In this document: piece by piece, positions 1 through 11,442 of the stretch
Position numbering within the stretch: position 1 is the stretch's first letter
Layout of the letters: each line of letters begins with the position of its first letter
Assembly: GCF_000142905.1 (NCBI RefSeq)
Contig: NW_013657679.1
Location: forward strand, 2,657 to 66,656
Direction: 5' to 3'
Length of the DNA: 64,000 nucleotides
Source: Thecamonas trahens ATCC 50062
Lineage: Eukaryota; Protista; Apusomonadida
Program-made: the position numbers and the translations under genes
Notes under the pieces: model-generated
What the model saw: only the letters and a program-made list of their open reading frames with translations
Told to the model about the DNA's origin: nothing
Database searches by the model: none

Positions 1-2760
1 GACCACCAGCCCCTCTGCTGCCCCTGCCTCGCCGACCACCAGCCGCCAGCCGCCGCCCGCTCGCCCGATCGGCCCACCTTCACTACCACCTAGCTCCTTC
101 CCACCACCAGCTACACAACCCGCGACCACACCCAAGGTCATCACTTACCGTGCACTATCTCCAGTATCAATATCGCTGTCATCGATTCCCATCGACCTCG
201 GCTCACTTTCGCGTCGACTTGTTTGCCCTAGGTGGTTGAGCACGTCCTCGACCGCCCGACCCCGCACACGCCCCCCACCACACTCATTGCAAGATATGCC
301 AAATCTGTTTTCACTACTACCCTACTACATGACCACACTACCCCCGTGCACAGTCTCCATACCATAGCTGCAGTATTCCGAAATTCGAGTTTCGCCGGCT
401 CGGCCCCAAGTTGTTGGCCCTGTGTCCCTTCGATGCTGCTGACCCCTCCTCCCCGGGCCCATCTCCGACCCCCACTCCCCAACCTGTCCACCCACAACCA
501 CCACACCCACACCACACATACTCACCACCCCTGCAAACATAGCCACCCACTTCCTGCCCGCCGATATTCACATCAGCCGACACCAGCCCGTCAACAGCAT
601 CGCTGCCGACCGCCGGCTGCTCGCCGCCGACCGCCGCCCGCCGCCGACCGACCACTGCCGGCACCACCAAGAGCAAGCTAGCCATCGACAGGGCTTTGGA
701 GACAATGCATAGAGATAGCCACAGCAATGGCAATGACTACCAGTCTGTTTTCCAACTCAATTCCCCCCTCCCTCCTCCGGCCTTGCCCATCACAGTCCCC
801 GCCGGCCTGCTCATCGCCAGCCGCCCCTGCTGCCGCCGATCACCGTGCCAGACGACGAGACCTCCGGACTTGCCAAGACGAGGAATAACAAGAGAGGGCC
901 AGTGCAAGCGATAGGCAATGCAGTGGTGGGCTAGAGTGCAGTGGTCTGCCTCCTCCTCCAATCCCAAGCCATTGTCTCCATCGACGTCCATCAATCAAAT
1001 CCCGTCGGCCCTCCTCGCCCATGCCGCCCAAGCCCCACCCTCATCACCCACACCCCTCACACAGCCACCAGCCGCATCATACACAGCCACATCCCATCAC
1101 AGTCCCCGCCGGCCTGCTCATCGCCAGCCGCCCCTGCTGCCGATCACCGAGCCAGACGACGAGACCACCGGGCTGGCCAAGACAAATAATAACAAGAGAG
1201 GGCCAGTGCAATCGATAGGTAATGCAGTGGCCGGCTAAAGTGCAGTTGGCTGCTTTCCCCGCAATCTCAAGCCATCGTCTCCATCGACGTCCATCTCAAT
1301 CCAATCCGTCCGCCCTCCTCACACTTGCCGCCCAAGCCCCTCCACCCTCATCAACCACACCTCACACACACCCATCAGCCTCATCCAACTCGCCCACATC
1401 CATCCGCAAGCCCAATCGCCATACCCACTACCCCTCCGCCCGGCGCGCCACCCTCGTCACGACCCCCCTCATCCCCCTACCATACTCATTGCGCCCGATC
1501 ACCCACCAACCATCACCCCACCCCCTACTCCACCGCCATCACTATCATCCTAGCTGCAACCACCACCCCCATGCCATGGCCAAGCCCACCACCATCCCAT
1601 CGCGCACTCGGCTTCCTCTTCCTCCTCCTTCTCCTCCTCTCCTCACTCCAGCTCACCCTCATCCTCATCCCCGACCCCGACACCGGCACCTCTCAACCAT
1701 CACATGCCATACTGCCTATACACCAACCAACAGCATTCCCAAGTCAACCATCCCCGACCCAGCTCCCTCAGCTGCCCCCGCCTCGCCGACCACCAGCCGC
1801 CAGCCGCCGCCCGCTCGCCCGAACAGCCGACCCTCATCACCACCTAGCTCCCACCCACCACCAGCTACACAACCCACGACCACACCCAAGGTCATCACTC
1901 ACCGCGTACTATCACCAGTACAAATATCGCTGTCATCGATACCCATCTTCCTCGGCTCATTTCCGCGTCGGCTTGTTTTGCCTAGGTGGTTGAGCACGTC
2001 CTCGACCGCCCGACCCCGCACACAACCCCACCAACCTCATTGCAAGATATGCCCAATCTGATTTCACTACTGCCCTAATACATACACACACTATCCCCCT
2101 GCACAGTTTCCAATCCACAGCTGCAGTATTCCAGAATCCGAGTTCCGCCGGCTCAGGCCCAAGTTGTTGGCCCTGTGTCCCTTCGATGCTGCTGACCCCC
2201 CTCCCCGGGCCCATATCCGACCCCCACTCCCCACCATCACACCCACAACCACCACACCCACACCACACATACTCACCACCCCTGAAACGTATCCACCCAA
2301 TCTCTGCTTCCCGATATCTACATCAGCCGACACCATCCCGTCAACAGCATCGCTGCTGACCGCCGGCTGCTCGCCGCCGACCGCCGCCCGCCGCTGACCG
2401 ACCACCGCCGGCACCACCGAGCGACGGAGCATTGGAGGCGATGCATACGGATAGCTATATCAATGGCAATGCCTACCAGTGCGCCCTCCAACCCAACCCT
2501 CCCCTCCCTTCTCCGGCCTTGCCCATCACAGTCCCCGACGGCCTGCTCATCGCCAGCCGCTGCTGCCGCCGATCACCGAGCCAGACGACGAGGCCTGTGG
2601 ACTGGCCATGGCGAGGAAGAACAAGAGAGGGCAAGGGCAAACAATATACAATACGGTGACGGGCTCGAGTGCAGTGGTCTACCTCCTCTTCTAATCTCAA
2701 GCCCTCGTCTCGATCGACGTCCATCTCAATCCAATCCGTCCGTCCTCCTCTCCCGCGCCG
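1..2760. repeat. Diverged tandem/segmental repeat with ~1.75 kb period and an internal ~250-300 bp sub-repeat
   Basis: 1..~1035 aligns by eye to ~1757..2760 (e.g. gcctaggtggttgagcacgtcctcgaccgcccgaccccgcacac at ~227 and ~1980). The sub-unit cccatcacagtcccc...gacgacgag recurs at ~786, ~1093 and ~2522. Strongly C/A-rich on +, with no ORF conserved between copies. Confidence 0.85.
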
Positions 2761-3151
2761 CGTAAGTTCCCGCCTCCCTCATGTTCCAAACCCTACATCC
2801 ATCCATCGTCGCCATTCTACCCAACCACATCCATCATCATGCCCAATCTCCATACCCAACCCCCCTTCGCCGGCCAACCCACGCCGCCTCTGGTCGGCCA
2901 CAGCAGCGACCGCCAACCCCCGAACACCACCAAAGCATTCAAAGCCACCATGGCCCATTGCACACGCTCCCTTCCGCTCTTTGCTATAACGTCGGGTGTC
3001 GACTTCCTCCGCTCCCCCGCGACCTACGTACGCTTTGGCTGTTGACAGCGCTGCCAGCGCCGGTACCAATCCGGCTCGGCTGCCTGTCAAACTGTCACAC
3101 CGCCTGTTGTTCTCTCTACTCTCTCCGCACTTGCACCGCTCCCCGCAGCTC

Positions 3152-4819
3152 ATGAGTGGCCTATCGCTTGACACACTTCCACCTGAGATAATACACCACA
3201 TTGCATACTACTCCGCCTTGTTGCGCCCGCCTGATGTCCTGGCACTGGCTGTCACCGCTCGAGCGCTCCATGCTGCTCTCCTCGGCTCTCCCTACTCCCG
3301 CCGCCTCGCCCGCTCGCTTCGAGGGCCGACAAAGTGCGCCCGCGCCAGCGAGTGGCATGCCCTCGAGGCCAGCATCGAGACAACGTCCTCATCCCGTTCC
3401 AAGCTTGCTCGCGCCCTGTACATTGCTGCTAGCGTTTCTGCTGCATCGCTCTCGCGCGACTCGCCGTGGCACTCGGCCACAGCGGCGCTCGTTTCGCACT
3501 TGGCTATCAACAGCAACCTCTCCGACCCACTCCTCAAGGCTGCCAAGCGCGGCCACCCGACGCTTGTTGCGCGTATATTAGCCGTTGCTGCATCACGCCT
3601 CGAGTCACCTGATTGGAATGTGGCGGCTCGAGCTGCCATAGGTGCCCGTTCGCCTGCCACGCTGGCTGTACTCCTCGCCGCCGACGCCCGTACGAACCAC
3701 CACATCGATCTCACTGCGGCTTTCGCCGATGCCTGCCTTGTCGGCAATGACGACGTTGTCGAGATGGTGCTCTCCGCCGCCACAGAGCGCGGCGAGGAGC
3801 TCGACCTTGCTGCGCGCGATGCTCGAGCGCTCCGCTATGCTGTCAAGGTCGACAGCCCAAAGGTTGTCGCGCGCCTCGCTGCCTTCCCCGCCATCACGTC
3901 TTCCCACCTCCTCGACGCCTTTCATCTTGCCATCTTCCACGACGCCTCGCGCGCCGCGGCCTCACTCCTCGACTCGAACAAGGTTGACGTCGACGACGCC
4001 GACACGTCGTTCCTTGCCGAGGCTGCTCGCGAGTTTGCCAACGGCATCGTGGGCGTTATGCTCTCGCACCCTGCATGCGACGTCATGGACGACCTCCCCG
4101 CCACGCTCACCATTGCTGCTGCCGTAGGCAATCTTGACGCGCTTGCACTCGTTGTCGACGCTCCTATCTCAGCACAGCTCGATGTCCACGACTTTGCTGC
4201 CGCTTTTGTTGCCGCCGCCGCCGCGAATCGTCTTGCAGTTGTCGACTACCTCCTCGCTACGCCTTCCGATCTCGCCGTCAACGGCTGTCTCCTCGCCGCG
4301 AGCGCTGCGCTTGGCGATGCAGCCTCCGGTGGCCACGACGCCATTGTCACTTCGCTCCTTGACAACATGACGCTCGCCCCGCTGGACATTGCCAGCGCTC
4401 TCCGGCGCGCCGCTGCCGCCGGTCACGCCGCCATCGTCGCCAGCCTCCTCGCCGCCGACTCATCTCGGTCGAAGCCCACACGCCTGACATTGAGCCATGC
4501 ATTTGTTGATGCCTGTTCCGCAGGCCACGTCGCCGTGGTTCGCCTCCTGCTTCTCCAGCCCGAGCTAGAGCTCGCCGAGCTCGCCGCACAAGCCCTCGCT
4601 CTTGCCGTTCGCGGTGACCATATCGCCACCGTCGCCGCGCTCCTTGCTGACCGCCGCATCGATGCGTCAGCAAACAACAACGAAGCGCTCACCCTCGCCC
4701 ACGCCTTCGGTCACCTCTCCATCGAAGACATGCTGGCCGCTGATCCGCGTGTTATGGCCTCGATTCATCCTCCCTCACCCTTGCTCGCTGCCGCCCTGGC
4801 CATGTGCTCGCTGCTTTGA
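3152..4819 (+). CDS. F-box-like plus ankyrin-repeat protein
   Basis: ATG 3152 gives MSGLSLDTLPPEIIHHIAYY (F-box-like LP.EI motif). Many ankyrin-type repeats follow (PLLKAAKRGHPTLVARIL, ALRRAAAAGHAAIVASLL, NNEALTLAHAFGHLSIEDML). Confidence 0.75.
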   Translation: MSGLSLDTLPPEIIHHIAYYSALLRPPDVLALAVTARALHAALLGSPYSRRLARSLRGPTKCARASEWHALEASIETTSSSRSKLARALYIAASVSAASLSRDSPWHSATAALVSHLAINSNLSDPLLKAAKRGHPTLVARILAVAASRLESPDWNVAARAAIGARSPATLAVLLAADARTNHHIDLTAAFADACLVGNDDVVEMVLSAATERGEELDLAARDARALRYAVKVDSPKVVARLAAFPAITSSHLLDAFHLAIFHDASRAAASLLDSNKVDVDDADTSFLAEAAREFANGIVGVMLSHPACDVMDDLPATLTIAAAVGNLDALALVVDAPISAQLDVHDFAAAFVAAAAANRLAVVDYLLATPSDLAVNGCLLAASAALGDAASGGHDAIVTSLLDNMTLAPLDIASALRRAAAAGHAAIVASLLAADSSRSKPTRLTLSHAFVDACSAGHVAVVRLLLLQPELELAELAAQALALAVRGDHIATVAALLADRRIDASANNNEALTLAHAFGHLSIEDMLAADPRVMASIHPPSPLLAAALAMCSLL

Positions 4820-5391
4820 CCGCCGCCCGCCGCCTCATATGAAACGTACTCGCCTAATCCGGGGCTCCATCCTTGTTGCGTTAGGGCTCCAATCTCGACA
4901 GCAAGCTTGTCCGAGTTCATCTTGCGCATGCGTCAGCGAGCACGCGCGCGAGTTGACAAGCGTGACGATTGTTTGACCCATGTGCAAAAAACTCCGCACC
5001 GTACCATGCTCCGCAGTCTGCGCACGCGCACCAACCCCCGCATAGTTCTCACCACACGCCCACTCCACAAAGGCTAGTGACTGCCTGTGGCCCACCCCCA
5101 CATCCCGTCCTGCACCCTACCACTCGACGTGTGTTCCCGCCGCTAGTCGTCCTGCGCACTATTTCTCCCCTCTTGGACAAAACACTCCGGTGTGGCTTCA
5201 GCAGCGCTGCCGTGACACAGGCGCCAACCGAATTGGCTGTGTTCCGTAAGTTGCTCAAGCCCCGTCTCCGCCACCACTTACCCACGCCCTAAGCATCCCA
5301 ACACGGTCACACACACACACTCACATACCCACACACTCATTCCTCTCTGGACTTCCGTCCGCGGTCAATCGTTGCACAAATCCTAGCGGCC

Positions 5392-8300
5392 ATGGTCAGC
5401 TTGCGTGGCCTACGTGGGCACGCTCTTGTTGCCTGTCTTGCCGTCTTGGTCTGTTGGGCGCAGGCCAACACCCTAACCCTCTACACCATGCGGACCGACA
5501 TGGGCTTGGGGACTGCGCTCGACTCTCTTGTGGCCGGCTACAACGCTCACGCTGCCACACACAACCTCTCCACATCCATTCTCGTCACCTCGTCGCCGTT
5601 TAACTCGGTGTTGTCCGAGTACGTCGACATCGCTCTTCAGCCCTCACCACATGACCTGGTTGTGCTTCACCCCTCGCAAGGCATGCGCGGCCTACTCGAC
5701 GACGCCCTCTTGGTCAACCTCTCCTCGTTGTGGGGCGCCCAAAACCTGGCTGCCGACATGGTACCACCAGCCGTGCGGTTCTGCTCCGACTCGTCCGGTG
5801 TTCCACGTGCCGTCCCCATCGCCTCTTTCCCCGAAGTCTGCCACTACCGTGCCTCGGTCTTTGACACCCACAGCCTCGCTCCGCCTGAGACTTGGAGCCA
5901 GCTGCTGACGGTGTGCAGGATCCTGACTCGGGCAGGCATCGGCTGCTTAGGCACAGACTACGCCTCACTGGCACCGTCGCAGTACCTGGACTATCTCTTT
6001 CTCCGCATGCATGGAGGAGAGTTGTATGATGAATTTGCCGTCGGCAACCTGTCGTTTACGGATGACCGCCTCCACGAAACCCTTGCACGGTTTGTGGACG
6101 ACATCATTGCACCAGGTTACCTCTCCCGAGCTGCGCCCGGAAATGTCCTTACCTCGAACAGCGAGTTTGCCGCCGGCTCGCTCGGCATCATCTGCACCTT
6201 TGAGGAGTGGGCCATCGCCTTCCAGGCCTTTGGCCTCGACCCGAGCGACCTCCGTACCTTTGCCTTTCCGCGCTACGATGGCCCGCCGTCGGCAACATTG
6301 CCGCCGTCGTCGACGTCCACATATGCCACTTTGGGCCTTGTTGCCGCTGTCGGCATACCGTCCCACTCCGCGAACGTCGACCTCACCAAAACTGTGCTCG
6401 CTACCGCCTTTGCACCGGCGTCCACCATCGGGCCGTCCATCGCCGCCGCCCCTCACTTGGTCCCGCCTTACACCTCACTCGCATCCATGCTCACCACTCC
6501 GTCAACCGTTTCTGCAACCTTGCTGATCGCGAACTCGCCGTCGCTCCACAGCAGGTCGTCGATCGCTTCATTCCCGTACAGGCCACTGCTGACAGCGTGG
6601 CGGACGATGGTGACGCATCTCATGCTCGCTGCGTCGGCACCCAACGCAACCGTCATCATTGACTCGGCCCTTCCCCGCCTCGAAGGTCTCCGCGTCGCGT
6701 TTGTCGACGGCGTTACGGTTACGCCCATTGCGACGCCCAGCCCGGGCTCGTACATCGGTCCGATCTCGGTCTCGCTCGAGTGCTATGCTCCTGACTCGTC
6801 GATCCGCTTCTCGCTCGAGTCGACCGTCAATGGCGCGTCCACCCCTCTCGCTCCTTACCGCCAGCCAGTTGTGCTCTCGGCCGCTGGTACCTACACACTC
6901 TATGCAACTGCAGTAGGTGGTCCAGCGCAAGTCACGTCGCCGACGCTCAGGGCTTTGTACGTACTCGTCGACCCTCCCAGCTCTCCCAGCGCCGCGTCGA
7001 CCTCGTCGGGCAAGACCGCCCTGCTCGCCGCCTCGAGCGCCGTCTCGGCTCTGTGTTGCTGTACGCTGCTGGTCGTCATCGCGGTCAAGCTTTGCCACTT
7101 TGCCCGCGTCTCGCCGGCGTCGCCGATTGCGCTCGACCCAACTGAGATCAACATCACTGCCGCGCTCGACAAGGGCACCCTTGGCACCGTCTACTCGGCA
7201 TCGTTTCGAGGTGAGGCTGTGGTCTGCAAGCACCTGCGTGTCGGTTTGGTTACGCCCGCCATGAGCGATCAGTTCTCACAGCGGTGCACCAAGCTTGCCA
7301 GCCTCACCTCACCGACCATTGTTCCGCTCCTTGGCTTTGTCGCCTCGCCGCCGTCGCTCATCATGCCACGGCTGGCTCGCGGCTCGGTCCACGACGTTCT
7401 GCACGACTCGTCGCTCATTCTCCATCCCACCATTGTCTGTGAGTGGGCCCACCAAATGGCACTGGGCCTCAAGTTCCTCTCCGACTCGGGCTTTGTCCAC
7501 GGCAACTTCAAGTCACGCAACGCCCTCATCACTGAGTCGTGGTCAGTCCGTGTTGCCGACTTTGGCCTCTGCCCAATCATCCGCCCGATGCCCGTGCTCT
7601 CGGATGCATATGTCTCGCGCCCACGTGCGCCGGCCCGGGCAGAGTTTGGCAGCTCGATATTTGCCTCGTCGCTCCGCAAGGAGTTTGACGTCTCTGAGTC
7701 GAGCATTGCTTTTGACTTTTCGCCTGTCTCGCAAGCCCGCTCGCTCACCATGATGTCGTCTGTTCCCAATGAGGCATCGGACGCAACAGGGGATAGTCCG
7801 GTCGTGGGAACTGCAGACTCGGCAATCGTAGGTGCATCTGCCAAGGCCCGCGTGCTGTGCGAGGTTGGTGCTGTGTTCTGGAAGGCGCCTGAGATCCTCA
7901 CCATTGGGCCCGCCGCTCTCTCTGTCGCATCGGATGCGTACGCGCTCGGCATGACCCTGTGGGAGCTTGCCACCCGCTCAGAGCTCTTTCTGGGTCGGAA
8001 CCCACTTGCCACGGTCCTCTCCGTTGTCCACTCGGCCCGGCGGCCGCCACTTTACACCATCCCGCCGTCTCTGGCCCCGCTCGGCTCGGTTGCCGAGGAC
8101 TTGTGGACTGGTGCGCCGGCCGATCGGCTCTCGCTTGATGACGCGTGCGCTCGCCTAGCCACGCTCTACACACCGGGCGTTGTGATTCGTCCCTCGCCAC
8201 AGCCTCGGCCCGTGGGCAACTTTATTGTTGTCCATGCCGCCGTCCTACACGCGACCGATGCCTTGCGCAAGTCTCCCTCCCAGGCTGCAGGCGTCCTCCG

Positions 8301-11165
8301 CTTGTTTGTTGACTTTTCTCCGACTTTGCCGCTTCGGTACCGCAAGTTTACGTCCTCTCAGCCTCACTAGGCTGCATCACGCTCACTGTCCGTTCGGTGG
8401 ATGTCCTCGTCGACCTAGCCCGGCGCCTCGTTGCTGGGCTCCCGCGATCCATCCCCGTTGTGCTTCTGGCCTCGTTTGGTCGGCTCGCACACCGGGTCGA
8501 TGCCTGGGGCCTTCCCCTTGCCACCGGGCCCGTCATCGACGTGCTTGCTCTGCTATGGCGGGCTCTTTTTGGTGACCTCTGCCCAAACCTTGCCGCCGCC
8601 GCGGGCCATGTTGAAGCGTGCGGCTCAGGTGCCCTCGCCCTTGAGCGTGCACATGGCCTGTTTGTCGACAACACTATCTCACCCGAGCTCCCCATGGATG
8701 TCTGCACCGTCCCACTCAACATCGGCGCCACGCTCCTGCCGTCGGCCGTCGGCTCAGCCGTCAAGGTTGATCTCGACGCCCGCGCGCGCTCGCCCTCGCG
8801 CCTTGCCTCGCCCTCTCCCAGCCGGCGCTCCGATATGCTTGGCTCAGCCAAGGCTGCCCTTGATCGGTCTATTCTCGCTCTCGACCACTCCCTTGGTCGC
8901 TTCTCAGCAGGCAACTTTGACGGCTCAGGCTCACTGGACTCGCCAAACAACTCAGCTTCTGTTTACGGCGGCACTATGCCAGCCATTGCCCTTACACTCA
9001 GGGCAGCCGGTGCCAACGCACGAGATTGTGACGCACGTCACGATGGGTCGTCTTCAGAGCGCCCGTCCTCAGCCTCGCGCTCTCTGATTGTCGCCCCGTC
9101 ATCGCCACACACTCTGGCCAAACCGCACGTCCTCCTCCGCGGCCGCAGTGAGACCAAGATCTCTCTTCCGACGAGCTCTACCCGGCCTCGCCGCAAAGTC
9201 TCTGCAGAGCCCAGCGGCCGAAAATCCAAGTCCCGGGCAAAGCCCAAGTCCAGAAAAAACTCTGGGTCCAAGGCCAAGTTCAGACCCAAGGCCAAGTCGC
9301 AAGCGGCGTCAAAGTCGCGGTCACGAGCAACGTCCAAGTCGCGGACCAAGTCGAAGCGCAAGGCCAAGGCGAGGCAGCGTCGCGTGTGCTCGCGGCCTCG
9401 AACGCGGTCGCGTAAGAAGAAGCGCATGTCTGGACGCAGGACCATCCGCCGCCGCCGCCGTCGCCGAACTCGGCCGTCACCAGAGCCGTCTATCTCTGGA
9501 GCCACGCACCCGTCGCTCCTGCTCGGCGCTGCCTTGACCCGCGTCGACTCGGAGCCGATGGCCGTCGCCGGGAGCAGCCCACGCATTCGCCAGATCCAGA
9601 CGTCGCGTCTCCGGCGATCGTCGTCAACGTCCGCAGAGAGCGTGGAGACCGCAATCGAGATCTCGACGTCGTCAACAACGACATTGTCGGCGCATATGCG
9701 TATGTCGTCGTCGCCGCCGTACTCGCTTGCTCCGGCCTCGTCATCAATGTGCCTCTTGCAGCAGCCTGCGGCATCGCCAGCGGCGCTTGACCTGTCTGCC
9801 ACAAGTGCAGCAAGCAATGCGCCGCCGTCTTTCGCGCCGTCTTCCCCGCCGTTGTCATCGTCATCACCGTCGCCATCGTCCTCAGACCATTCTACGCCGT
9901 TCACGCCCGCCACCGCCGCCACGCCTGCCTTCGGCTTGGGACCGGATGACCCGTTCAGCAACAGCACGTCGGTCAACGAATCCTCAGTCTCACGCGCGCC
10001 GCTTGCGTCGTCATTCTCGGGCCACCTCATTCTTCTCGCGCCTACCCGGTCCGGCCACTCGGACTCGGGCGAAGCCGGTGGATCGTCGAGCGCTCTCTCG
10101 CTCTCCTCGCAGAACGAAGTGGTAGATGAGCGATCGGCTTCGCGGACAAGCGAGCTCGCGGGAACACTACCGACCATTCCGATTTTGCCGGCACAGTCGT
10201 CCGTCGGGCTGGCACCGTCGAGTCTGCCATGGCGACTCAGCAGGATCGACGTGGACGCTCTGCTCCGTACTCAGGGTGAGGACGACATATCGTGGTGTTC
10301 CGCGTTTGGCACTTCGCACCCGTGCGTCTTTGCCGACGAGGCCAACGGCTCGGTCCCGGTTGTGGTCAAGGTGCTTGCAAAGCAGCAGTTCACCGACAGT
10401 GAGCAGATTACTCTCGCAACGGCACTTGCCACGGCTGCAGCGTGCACCGACACGTCACGGCGCCTCGCCGGCCCGCTCGCCATCTGCCTCGACCCGCCGC
10501 GGGTTGCCATGGTCTTCCCACGCTATCCAGCCGGCTCGCTGGCAGACTTGCTGGCCAACGAGACCCCGATCCTACACCCGCGCCACCCGCAGACGCTTCA
10601 TGTCATTGCGCGCGGCTTGCTGACGTCGATGACTCGGCTCTCGACTGCTTTGGCCAACTTTCCGGACGCTTGCAAGGCCCACGGTGCGCTGTCGCCGTCC
10701 AACGTCATGCTGGTGGCCACGGCCGGCTACGTCGTCGACACCCACATCATCGACTTTGGACTTTCTGACTTGGTGGACATCTTCGGCATCCATCGGACCA
10801 TTCCGTCCGTCGGCTACATGTCGCCCGAGCAGCTGCGCGGCGAGACGCCTACCGCCGCCTCGGATGTCTTTATCATCGGCTCCATCCTCTTTGAGCTCCT
10901 CGTCGGCTCGTCGCCGTTCATGGGCTCCGACCCGCTCGAGATTGCCACCCGCATCTCTGCTGGCGTCACCTCATCGCTGGCTACCTCCCGTATCCCCTCG
11001 GAGCGCCTCCGCACCCTCATTTCGTCGTGCTGGGCCGTCGAGCCGGCCGATCGTCCCACCATGGCCGACGTTGCCACCATCGTCGCCTCTCTCGGCTCGG
11101 CAGACTTTGCCACCCTCAACGATTCTGGCGCCATCACGGCCTCGTACGCACGCATCGTTATGTAA
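5392..11165 (+). CDS. Single-pass receptor: extracellular solute-binding domain, FN3-associated/chitobiase-like domain, TM, TKL (pseudo)kinase, degenerate cyclase-like region, second (pseudo)kinase; one frameshift at ~8315
   Basis: Signal peptide, then SBP family-1 motifs (AVPIASFPEVCHYRASVF, PPETWSQLL) and TPSPGSYIGPISVSL. TM at ~7020-7090. Kinase 1 reads GTLGTVY..VVCK..HGNFKSRN..DFG..APE; kinase 2 reads VVVK..HGALSPSN..DFG..YMSPE. ORFs 5392..8370 and 8397..11165 join if one T is added to the TTTT at 8314-8317. Confidence 0.8.
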
Positions 11166-11318
11166 CACACACGCCGCTCACACGCCCCGAGTCTGTCCTT
11201 TCACTGCGAAACTACCCGGTGTTGGGCCGCTCGCCTCCCCCCTCCCCCCCTTGCTCTCACGTACCACTCCACTCGGGCACCCGCAACTCCTCTCCACTCC
11301 CACTCCCCTCCTCCCTTT

Positions 11319-11320
<2 letters not shown>

Positions 11321-11367
<47 letters not shown>
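11321..11367. repeat. (CA)n microsatellite
   Basis: Direct reading of the sequence. Confidence 0.95.
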
Positions 11368-11376
<9 letters not shown>

Positions 11377-11442
11377 TATACACACATACACTCGTACCCT
11401 CTTATACATACAGCACCTTGCTTGTGGTCCGGTGGTCCCACC

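Noticed and set aside
228-2765. Many short Pro/His-rich ORFs in the left repeat
   Set aside because: The frames are not conserved between repeat copies and reflect base composition.
8337-8370. Candidate 34-nt GT-AG intron joining the two receptor-kinase ORFs
   Set aside because: Its length does not restore the reading frame, whereas a single missing T at 8314-8317 does.
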